Shown here: positions 38,252 through 49,700 of the stretch, one piece after another
How positions within the stretch are numbered: position 1 is the stretch's first letter
Layout of the letters: each line of letters starts with the position of its first letter
The notes under the pieces: model-generated
What the model saw: the letters and a program-made list of their open reading frames with translations, nothing else
Told to the model about the DNA's origin: nothing
Database searches by the model: none
Position numbers and translations under genes: made by a program
Source: a virus
DNA length: 64,000 nucleotides
IMG/VR virus record: IMGVR_UViG_3300042197_002234
Location: 1-64,000 of that record
Direction: 5' to 3' (one strand)

Positions 38252-40357
38252 ATGAGAATAATACACGTAACACCAGGAATGATACCAATCCCACCTAATG
38301 GATGGGGTGCGGTAGAAAAAATAATTTGGGAATACCATAAAAATTTACAGAAGTTAGGTTATGAATCTGAAATTAGATACCTAAATGAGGTTAACTATAA
38401 AGATGGTGACATCGTACACATCCACATAGCCAATTTAGCTTTGGAGACATATGAAAGAGGAATACCATATATTTTCTCATTACATGACCACCATGTGGTA
38501 TATAATGGAAAAGATTCTTTTAATTATAAACAAAACTTAGAAGCAATTAAAAAATCAGTAGTTTCATTCTGTCACGCAGAATATTTGGTTGATTATTTTG
38601 ATGAAACCGATAAGTTGTTTTATTTGTCGCATGGTGTAAACACAGATTTCTTTAAAGTAGAAAATCCATACAGAAGTGAACATCGTTTATTGTGTTTAGC
38701 TAATAACGGAATCGGTGGTGATTCATCTTATGATAGGAAAGGTTTCAGATATGCAATTGAAGCTGCAAAAAAATTAAATTTACCAATCACTGTCGCGGGC
38801 CCCGATAACAACAAAAACTTCTTTCAACACCATTTAGATTTAATGGATTATGATAAACTAACATTGTTGTTTGATAATCCAAATGAAGACAGTATTTTAG
38901 AGTTGTATAAAAATCACTCAATATTTTTACACCCATCTTCATTAGAAGCTGGTCATCCAAATTTAACATTATTAGAGGCGATATCTTGTAATCTACCAAT
39001 AGTTGGAACTTACGAAGGTAATAGAAAAATACACGGTATGATTGTGACTGAAAGAGATTCAAATCGTGTTGCAAACTCAATTCAAGAAATAATATCAAAT
39101 TATGAATATTATGTTAATGAAACTTTTAAAAATAAAGAAAATTTTGATTGGTCTACAATAACAAATAGATTATCAAAAATGTACAATTTAGTTAGTATTA
39201 TTAAAAAAGAGTATAATTCTGAAGAAACAAAAAGTTTATTAATTAATAATATTGAAAATACATCAAGGTTTGATTATAAAAAAGATAATAACTTAACATT
39301 TAATGTTCATTTTGTAAACAACCCGTTTTTTGAAATTTTAGGTGATTCAGATAAAGAATATAATGTTCTTTTTTATGATAATGATGAACTAATTTATTCA
39401 ACAAAACTTAGAGCCAATATGTGGTCAAAACTTAATAGGTCATATTATACAAATTGGATAATTGAGGTTTACGATGAAGACAAATTAATTTATAGATACA
39501 CAACTAACTTTACAGGTAAAAGAGTTTTTATTTCATTTGACTCAAAGTCATTAGGGGATAATGTATCTTGGATACCGTATGTGTTAGAATTTAAGAAAAA
39601 ACACAATTGTAATGTTGTTGTTTCAACATTTTGGAATAAACTATTTAAGGATGTGTATCCCGAACTCGAGTTTGTTGAGCCAGGTAGTGTTGTGGATGAT
39701 TTAGTCGCAATGTATAGAATAGGATGGTTTTATGATAATAATCAAGAACCAGTTTTACCAAGTACTATTCCACTACAAAAAGCAATTACAAATATTTTGG
39801 GATTAGAGTTTGAGGAAATAAGACCAAGAATTCACTTTGAACCAAAAGAAAGATTGTTTGAGGAAAAGTATATCACAATCGCAAATGAATCTACTGCAGG
39901 TTTAAAGTTATGGAACAATCCTAATGGTTGGCCAGAATTAGTATCATATTTAAAATCAAAAGGTTATAGAGTGGTTAATGTATCTAAAAATGGTGAAAGA
40001 TTAAAAGGTGTTACACAACTAAAAGACACGTCAATTGAAAATACCATGAATGCTATTTATCATAGTGAGTTCTTTATTGGTTTATCTAGTGGGTTGTCTT
40101 GGTTAACATGGGGGTTAGGTAAACATGTAGTTATGATTTCAAACTTCACTGAGTATGACCATGAATTTACTTCAAACTGCACAAGAATTACAAACCCATC
40201 TGTCTGTCATGGATGTTGGAATAACCCTATGTTTAAGTTTGATAAGGGTGATTGGAATTGGTGTCCTGAGCATAAAGGAACTGAAAGACATTTTGAATGT
40301 CATAAATCAATAACTGCGGAAATGGTTATAGAAAAAATAAAACATTTATTACAATGA
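38252..40357 (+). CDS. GT4 fused to an Aah/TibC-type protein O-heptosyltransferase
   Basis: N-terminal GT4 (GWGAVEKI, EAGHPNLTLLEA). C-terminal half: SLGDNVSWIPY..EF..KHNC, FFIGLSSGLSWLTW, CHGCW...WCP.H..T.R.FEC, matching the TibC pattern including four Fe-binding Cys. Confidence 0.9.
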   Translation: MRIIHVTPGMIPIPPNGWGAVEKIIWEYHKNLQKLGYESEIRYLNEVNYKDGDIVHIHIANLALETYERGIPYIFSLHDHHVVYNGKDSFNYKQNLEAIKKSVVSFCHAEYLVDYFDETDKLFYLSHGVNTDFFKVENPYRSEHRLLCLANNGIGGDSSYDRKGFRYAIEAAKKLNLPITVAGPDNNKNFFQHHLDLMDYDKLTLLFDNPNEDSILELYKNHSIFLHPSSLEAGHPNLTLLEAISCNLPIVGTYEGNRKIHGMIVTERDSNRVANSIQEIISNYEYYVNETFKNKENFDWSTITNRLSKMYNLVSIIKKEYNSEETKSLLINNIENTSRFDYKKDNNLTFNVHFVNNPFFEILGDSDKEYNVLFYDNDELIYSTKLRANMWSKLNRSYYTNWIIEVYDEDKLIYRYTTNFTGKRVFISFDSKSLGDNVSWIPYVLEFKKKHNCNVVVSTFWNKLFKDVYPELEFVEPGSVVDDLVAMYRIGWFYDNNQEPVLPSTIPLQKAITNILGLEFEEIRPRIHFEPKERLFEEKYITIANESTAGLKLWNNPNGWPELVSYLKSKGYRVVNVSKNGERLKGVTQLKDTSIENTMNAIYHSEFFIGLSSGLSWLTWGLGKHVVMISNFTEYDHEFTSNCTRITNPSVCHGCWNNPMFKFDKGDWNWCPEHKGTERHFECHKSITAEMVIEKIKHLLQ

Positions 40358-40734
40358 AAATAGAAGTATCAATTGGTGAGATTGTTGACAAATTAACAAT
40401 TTTGGAAATTAAAAAAGATAAAATAAAGGATGAAAATAAATTGGTTGATATCTTAAAAGAGTATAACTATTTAAAAGATGTTGTAACAAATGAAATTGGA
40501 TTTTCATTAGAATCCGAAGAATATAAAGATTTATTGGAAACAAATAAAAAACTTTGGGATATTGAAGACCATATTAGAAATAAAGAAAAAAGAAAATCTT
40601 TTGATATTGAATTTATTGAGTTGGCTAGAAATGTGTATATTACAAATGATGTTAGAGCATCACAAAAAAAAGATATAAATCTGAAACTTAATTCAGAATT
40701 TATAGAACACAAATCATATTCTGACTATAAATAA
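40354..40734 (+). CDS. DUF6165-like protein
   Basis: IEVSIGEIVDKLTILEIK...LWDIEDHIR...FIELARNVYITND.R...K..IN. Confidence 0.7.
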   Translation: MKIEVSIGEIVDKLTILEIKKDKIKDENKLVDILKEYNYLKDVVTNEIGFSLESEEYKDLLETNKKLWDIEDHIRNKEKRKSFDIEFIELARNVYITNDVRASQKKDINLKLNSEFIEHKSYSDYK

Positions 40735-40768
40735 AAAAAGGGGGGTTTTAAAACTCCCTTTTTTTATA
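40729..40768. terminator. Bidirectional terminator between the GT operon and the giant repeat gene
   Basis: ATAAAAAAAGGGGGGTTTT/AAAACTCCCTTTTTTTAT inverted repeat with A/T tracts on both sides, between convergent genes. Confidence 0.8.
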
Positions 40769-43700
40769 ATGGGTCATTACATTCGTTATAAACTAATGTG
40801 TATGTAAAATATCTAGGACCCGCATTAGTACCATCTGAGTTAAAACCAACTATAATGTTTGTGTTACATTCAAGTATTTCGTCCTGTAATGTAAGGGTAA
40901 AACAAGCCACGCCAGCGGCGTTAAATGAGGTAACATCACTTGCTATTTCAGTTATAGTAAATGTAGATGATGTTAAATCATCACATTCGTATTTAAAAAG
41001 ATATGCGGTTACACTATTAGCCAAACCATCAACAGGACTTGTTACAGTACCACACAATTTTATAGTTCCAGAACTTAACATGTCGATAGGTACTGGTACA
41101 CCTATAAATCCTTGTGTTCTGGTATCGAAGGGTGATATTCCATCCCAAGCGATATCCCAAGGACATCCATTCCAACCACAAGTATTATTGGCGATGTAAA
41201 CGTCAGTATCATTAGGTCCTTGTGTCCAACTACCTGAATTTGATGCTAATAAAAATTGTCTTTTAATGTTAATTGTTGCATCACCTGTAGTGCCTTCAAC
41301 AATACCACAAGACCCCGCAACTGTTAAACCTGTGACACTAGTTACCGTAGTAGCACCATCGGTGACAGTTAAAGAACCACCACCACTTGATGTACCCGAA
41401 CTACCCGAGGTTCCTGATGAACCTGTTTGACCTGCAGTACCTGAACTACCTGAACTACCACTTGAACCTGAGGTACCGCTAGCCCCACTAACACCACTTG
41501 TGCCCGCAGTTCCATTAGCTCCGCTAGTACCTGAAGTTCCTTTAGTTCCTGAGGTTCCACTAGACCCTGAAGTACCCGAACTACCTGAAGAACCACTTGA
41601 ACCTGATGTTCCACTTGTTCCTGAAGTACCGTTAACTCCTGAAGTACCACTTGTACCATTAACTCCTGAAGTACCACTTGTACCAATCGAACCATCACAA
41701 CCATTACAACATACTTTGAAACATAATACATCACCATAAGAGAATGGACTTGCGGAACTTGAAGATGCGAATATCGGACCTTCAATAAAGAAGGAAGTAG
41801 AATTCAATCTTCCAACACCAGACCAATCTGAATAGTGTACAAATTTTGTTGGGTCTGCTTGATTATATATTGTTAAATTTCCACCACAAATACATTTGTT
41901 GAAAACTTCATATTGATTTACACCATTGTTATCAAAATCATAGAAGTGTAAATATGTTGCTGCCGATACAGTTAACGTAGTTGCTGAAGAACCTGTGATA
42001 AACGCAAATTCACCATTAGAATCAGGAGTACTATCGTTTGTTAACGTATATGGTAAACAATAAGCTGATACCCCACTAGTTCCTGATGTTCCACTTGTTC
42101 CTGAACTACCTGACGTTCCTCTAGTTCCTGATGTTCCTGAAGAGCCGCTGCTGCCACTTGAGCCCGAAGAACCCGACGTTCCACTTGTTCCTGATGAACC
42201 ACTTGAACCTGAACTACCTGATGTTCCACTTGAACCTGAAGAACCTGAACTTCCTGATGAACCACTGCTACCACTAGTACCAGATGTACCCGAACTACCT
42301 GATGAACCACTTGAACCTGAAGAACCGCTACTTCCACTTGTGCCTGATGTACCTGAGCTACCTGATGTTCCGCTAGTTCCTGAACTACCTGATGAGCCGC
42401 TTGAACCTGACGAACCACTAGTGCCTGATGTTCCTGAAGAACCACTACTTCCACTAGAACCTGAACTTCCTGAAGAACCACTTGTGCCCGAAGTACCACT
42501 ACTTCCGCTAGACCCTGAACTTCCGCTCGAACCTGAAGTACCCGAAGAACCGCTACTACCGCTTGTTCCTGATGTTCCACTTGAGCCTGACGTTCCGCTA
42601 GTCCCTGAAGAACCACTTATACCTGAAGTTCCTGAACTACCTGATGTTCCTGAAGAGCCAGATGACCCCGAAGAACCTGAGCTACCTGATGAACCGCTAG
42701 ACCCACTTGTACCCGCAGTCCCTGAACTTCCTGATGTTCCACTTGTTCCTGATGAGCCACTTGTACCGCTCGAACCTGAGGAACCACTATTTCCACTTGA
42801 ACCCGACGTTCCACTTGTTCCTGAAGAACCACTACTACCGCTTGAGCCCGAGCTACCTGAAGTACCACTAGTTCCTGAACTTCCTGAAGAGCCGCTACTA
42901 CCACTTGACCCTGAAGAACCGCTACTACCGCTTGTTCCTGAAGTTCCACTATTTCCTGAAGAACCACTTGAACCACTACTACCGCTAGAACCCGATGTTC
43001 CACTAGTTCCTGAACTTCCTGAAGAGCCGCTACTACCACTTGACCCTGATGTTCCGCTAGTCCCTGAAGAACCTGAAGTACCACTTGTACCACTAGTTCC
43101 CGAACTACCTGATGAACCACTACTACCGCTAGAACCTGATGAACCGCTAGTTCCACTTGAACCTGAAGAGCCAGAACTTCCTGAAGAACCACTACTACCG
43201 CTCGAACCTGAACTACCTGATGTCCCACTTGTACCTGAAGAACCGCTTGTACCTGACGTGCCGCTTGAGCCTGATGACCCACTACTTCCTGAACTACCGC
43301 TAGAACCTGAAGTTCCTGAACTGCCAGAAGAACCACTACTACCGCTAGAACCTGAAGTTCCTGAAGAACCTGATGTTCCGCTAGTACCTGATGACCCTGA
43401 ACTTCCACTACTACCTGAAGAACCGCTTGTACCGCTAGTACCCGAACTACCTGAAGTTCCACTTGTTCCTGATGACCCTGAACTTCCACTACTACCGCTA
43501 GAACCTGATGTTCCACTAGTTCCCGAAGAGCCGCTTGTACCGCTTGTTCCTGAACTACCCGAAGAACCACTACTACCGCTTGAGCCCGAGCTACCTGAAG
43601 TTCCGCTTGTTCCTGACGAGCCGCTACTACCCGAACTTCCACTACTACCCGATGTTCCACTCGTTCCTGATGAGCCACTTGTGCCACTAGAACCTGAGCT

Positions 43701-46700
43701 ACCTGAAGAACCGCTAATTCCACTTGTTCCCGAAGAACCTGAACTTCCTGAAGAACCACTACTTCCTGATGTACCGCTAGTACCGCTAGTACCTGAACTA
43801 CCGCTAGAACCTGAACTTCCTGAAGAACCGCTGCTACCACTAGAGCCTGATGTGCCGCTAGTTCCCGAACTTCCACTTGTACCGCTAGTTCCTGAAGAAC
43901 CTGAACTACCACTAGAACCCGAAGCACCGCTTGTACCTGATGAGCCGCTTGAACCTGAAGAGCCTGATGAACCACTACTACCGCTAGTTCCTGATGTACC
44001 ACTTGACCCACTACTACCGCTTGAACCTGAACTTCCTGATGAGCCTGATGTACCGCTTGTTCCTGAAGAACCACTTGAGCCTGAACTTCCCGATGAACCA
44101 CTACTACCGCTAGTTCCTGATGAGCCACTACTACCACTTGTACCAGATGTACCTGAACTTCCTGAAGTACCACTAGTTCCTGATGTTCCCGAACTACCAC
44201 TCGTACCCGAACTTCCTGAAGAACCGCTAGTACCTGCAGTACCTGAAGAACCCGATGTTCCACTTGAACCTGAGCTACCTGATGAACCGCTACTACCGCT
44301 AGTTCCTGATGAACCACTAGTACCGCTAGTACCTGAACTACCGCTTGAACCTGAAGAACCACTACTTCCACTTGTGCCGCTAGTACCTACAGTTCCTGAT
44401 GAACCACTAGTACCGCTAGTACCTGAACTACCGCTTGAACCTGAAGAACCACTACTTCCACTAGTACCCGAAGTACCTGAACTTCCTGATGTACCGCTTG
44501 AGCCTGAACTACCCGATGTTCCACTAGTTCCTGAAGAACCACTAGACCCTGAACTACCTGAAGTTCCGCTAGTTCCTGAAGAACCTGATGTTCCGCTAGT
44601 TCCTGAAGAACCACTAGACCCTGAACTACCTGAAGTTCCGCTAGTTCCACTTGAGCCTGATGACCCTGAACTTCCACTACTACCTGAAGAACCACTTGTA
44701 CCGCTAGTACCCGAACTACCTGAAGTTCCACTTGTTCCTGAAGAGCCTGATGAACCACTACTACCGCTTGAGCCCGAGCTACCTGAAGAGCCGCTTGTTC
44801 CTGCAGTTCCTGAACTACCTGAAGAACCACTACTACCTGATGTTCCACTAGTTCCTGATGAACCACTTGTACCGCTAGTTCCACTTGAACCACTACTACC
44901 TGAAGTACCTGAAGAGCCACTAGACCCTGAACTTCCGCTACTACCGCTTGAACCCGATGTTCCACTTGTACCGCTAGTTCCTGATGTTCCTGAAGAACCT
45001 GATGTTCCGCTTGTTCCTGAACTACCTGATGAACCACTACTACCACTAGTCCCTGAAGTACCACTAGTTCCTGAAGTACCACTAGTTCCCGAACTTCCTG
45101 AAGACCCTGATGTTCCGCTAGTACCTACAGTACCTGATGTTCCTGAAGAACCACTTGTACCGCTTGTACCTGACGAACCACTAGACCCACTAGAACCTGA
45201 ACTACCACTTGTTCCTGAACTTCCTGAAGTCCCACTAGTACCTGATGAACCTGATGTTCCACTAGTTCCACTTGAACCTGAACTTCCTGAAGAGCCACTT
45301 GTACCGCTAGTTCCTGATGTTCCACTAGACCCTGAACTTCCTGATGAACCCGAAGTTCCACTAGTTCCTACAGTACCACTACTTCCGCTAGACCCTGAAC
45401 TTCCGCTCGAACCTGAAGTACCCGAAGAACCGCTACTACCGCTTGTTCCTGATGTACCTGACGAGCCTGATGTTCCACTAGACCCTGAACTTCCTGAAGT
45501 CCCACTAGTACCAGAACTTCCTGATGTTCCGCTAGTTCCTGAACTACCGCTTGTTCCTGATGTACCTGACGAGCCTGATGTTCCACTAGACCCTGAACTT
45601 CCTGATGTTCCGCTAGTACCACTTGTACCCACAGTTCCTGAGCTTCCTGACGTACCGCTTGAGCCTGAGCTTCCTGAAGTCCCACTAGTACCAGAACTTC
45701 CTGATGTTCCGCTAGTTCCTGATGAACCGCTTGAACCTGAGCTACCTGAAGAACCTGATGTTCCACTTGTACCCGAACTTCCTGAAGACCCTGAACTTCC
45801 ACTACTACCGCTAGAACCTGATGTTCCACTAGTTCCCGAAGAGCCGCTTGTACCGCTTGTTCCTGAAGTTCCACTTGAACCTGAAGTACCGCTAGAACCA
45901 GAAGAGCCGCTACTACCACTAGAACCTGATGTTCCACTTGTACCCGCAGTACCTGAGCTTCCTGATGAACCGCTACTACCTGATGAGCCACTTGTACCGC
46001 TTGTTCCTGAACTACCCGAAGAACCACTACTACCGCTAGAACCTGATGTTCCACTTGTACCCGAAGTACCTGAGCTTCCTGACGTTCCACTAGTTCCCGA
46101 AGAACCACTAGACCCTGAAGAGCCTGAACTACCTGAAGTTCCACTAGTTCCTGATGAGCCACTTGTGCCCGAAGTTCCACTTGAACCTGAACTTCCTGAT
46201 GAACCGCTACTACCTGATGTCCCACTTGTACCTGAAGAACCACTAGTTCCTGATGAACCACTACTACCACTTGTACCAGATGTACCTGAACTACCACTTG
46301 TACCTGATGTTCCTGAAGAACCGCTTGACCCTGAAGAACCTGAGCTACCTGAAGTTCCGCTTGTTCCCGAAGAGCCTGATGTACCACTTGTGCCTGAAGT
46401 TCCACTTGAACCTGAACTTCCTGATGAACCTGACGTACCGCTAGTTCCTGAAGAACCACTACTTCCGCTTGAACCTGAGGTTCCACTTGTACCTACAGTC
46501 CCTGATGTACCTGAACTACCTGATGTTCCGCTACTTCCACTAGAACCTGAACTTCCGCTTGTTCCTGATGTTCCTGAACTACCACTTGTACCGCTAGTTC
46601 CTGATGAACCACTTGAACCCGAACTTCCTGATGAACCACTACTACCGCTAGTACCATTAGTTCCACTTGTTCCCGAAGAACCTGATGTTCCACTTGACCC

Positions 46701-49700
46701 ACTACTACCACTTGTACCTGATGTTCCTGAAGAACCGCTTGACCCTGAAGAACCTGAGCTACCTGAAGTTCCGCTTGTACCGCTTGTTCCCGAACTTCCT
46801 GATGTACCGCTAGTTCCTGAAGAACCACTTGTTCCTGAAGTTCCACTTGAACCTGAACTTCCTGATGAGCCACTACTACCGCTTGAACCTGAGGAACCGC
46901 TACTACCGCTAGTTCCTGATGAACCACTACTTCCACTAGAACCTGATGTTCCGCTAGTACCTGAACTACCGCTCGAGCCTGATGTACCGCTAGTACCCGA
47001 ACTACCTGATGAACCACTACTACCACTTGAACCTGAGCTACCTGATGTTCCGCTAGTTCCAGAAGAACCACTAGACCCTGAACTTCCACTACTTCCTGAT
47101 GAACCTGATGTTCCACTAGTACCTACAGTCCCACTTGAGCCAGATGTACCCGAACTACCTGACGAACCACTAGAACCTGAACTACCACTTGTTCCGCTAG
47201 TTCCTGATGTTCCACTTGTTCCTGAAGTCCCACTAGTACCTGATGAACCTGATGTTCCACTTGTTCCCGAAGAGCCTGATGTACCACTTGAGCCTGAACT
47301 ACCAGAAGACCCCGATGTACCACTACTTCCACTTGTGCCGCTAGTTCCTGATGAACCATCTGTTCCACTAGTACCTGAGCTACCTGAAGTGCCGCTAGTT
47401 CCTGATGAACCACTTGACCCTGATGTTCCGCTAGTTCCTGAAGTTCCGCTAATACCCGAAGTACCACTTGTACCGCTAGTACCTGATGTTCCTGAAGAAC
47501 CATCAGTTCCACTTGTTCCTGAAGTACCACTACTACCATCTGTTCCTGATGTTCCACTTGACCCTGATGTACCCGAAGTTCCTGAGCTACCATCAGTACC
47601 TGAAGTTCCGCTTGAACCCGATGTTCCTGATGAACCACTAGTTCCTGATGAACCACTAGTTCCTGATGAACCACTAGTTCCGCTAGTTCCTGATGAGCCA
47701 TCAGTACCACTACTACCGTCTGTACCACTAGAACCTGATGTTCCGTTAGTTCCACTTGTACCATTACTACCGTCAGTACCTGAACTCCCACTAGAACCTG
47801 ATGTTCCGCTAGTTCCACTTGTACCATTACTACCGTCAGTACCTGAAGTTCCGCTTGTTCCCGAACTACCACTAGTACCTGATGTTCCACTAGTTCCTGA
47901 CGAACCACTGCTACCACTAGTACCTGATGTGCCATTACTACCATCAGTTCCTGATGAACCTGAAGTTCCACTAGTTCCGCTACTACCATCTGTTCCGCTT
48001 GTTCCTGAAGTACCGCTTGAACCTGATGTTCCACTTGTTCCTGAAGTACCGCTTGAACCTGAAGTTCCACTTGTTCCTGAAGAACCTGAGGTACCACTAC
48101 TTCCGTCAGTACCGCTACTACCATCTGTTCCGCTTGTTCCCGATGAACCACTTATACCTGAAGTACCGCTACTACCATCTGTTCCACTAGTTCCTGAAGT
48201 ACCACTACTACCATCAGTTCCGCTAGTTCCACTTGTTCCTGATGAACCATCTGTTCCGCTAGTTCCGCTTGAACCTGAAGTTCCGCTAGTTCCCGAAGAA
48301 CCTGATGTACCACTAGTACCACTACTACCATCTGTTCCTGATGTACCACTAGTTCCTGAAGTACCATTACTTCCATCAGTTCCGCTTGAACCTGATGTAC
48401 CACTTGTTCCTTTAGAACCATTTACACCGCTAATACCTGAAGAACCTGATGTACCATTAGTTCCTGAAGTTCCACTTGTTCCTGATGAACCATCTGTTCC
48501 GCTAGTTCCACTTGAACCATCTGTTCCGCTAGTTCCACTTGTTCCTGATGAACCGCTTGTTCCTGAGGTTCCACTTGTTCCAGAACTTCCATCAGTACCA
48601 CTTGTTCCTGAAGTTCCTGATGAACCATCTGTTCCGCTAGTACCTGATGTTCCTGAAGAGCCATCCGTTCCGCTATTACCCGAAGTTCCCGATGAACCAT
48701 CTGTTCCTGAATTTCCGCTAGTTCCCGATGAACCATCTGTTCCTGAAGTTCCGCTAGTTCCGCTTGAACCATCTGTTCCTGAAGTTCCGCTAGTTCCGCT
48801 TGAACCATCCGTACCTGAAGTTCCACTAGTTCCCGATGAACCATCTGTACCTGAAGTTCCACTAGTTCCCGATGAACCATCCGTTCCGCTAGTACCCGAA
48901 GTTCCCGATGAACCATCCGTTCCGCTAGTACCACTAGTTCCTGATGAACCATCTGTTCCGCTAGTACCACTAGTTCCTGATGAACCATCTGTTCCTGACG
49001 TACCACTAGTTCCTGATGAACCATCTGTTCCACTGGTTCCTGAAGAACCGCTTGTCCCACTACTACCATCCGTACCTGAACTACCACTTGTTCCTGAAGT
49101 GCCGCTACTACCATCAGTACCTGAAGTTCCACTAGTACCACTTGAGCCATCAGTACCTGATGAACCATCCGTACCACTAGTACCACTAGTTCCTGAAGTT
49201 CCGCTTGAACCTGATGTTCCACTAGTTCCTGAAGTACCATTACTTCCGTCAGTTCCGCTTGAACCTGATGTTCCACTAGTTCCTGAACTTCCATCAGTAC
49301 CACTTGTTCCTGAAGAACCATCAGTTCCGCTAGTACCTGAAGTTCCACTTGTTCCTGAAGAACCGTCTGTCCCACTAAAACCACTTGTCCCTGAAGTTCC
49401 ATTTGAACCATCTGTACCTGAAGTACCACTTGTTCCTGAAGAACCACTAGTACCCGAAGAACCGTCAGTTCCGCTTGAACCTGATGTGCCGCTACTACCA
49501 TCAGTCCCTGAACTACCATCAGTCCCTGAACTACCATCAGTCCCTGAACTACCATCAGTCCCTGAACTACCTGACGTACCACTAGTTCCTGATGTACCAT
49601 TAGAACCATCCACACCACTTATTCCTGAAGAACCTGAAGAACCACTTGTTCCTGAAGAACCGTTTGTCCCACTAGAACCACTTGTCCCTGAACTTCCATC

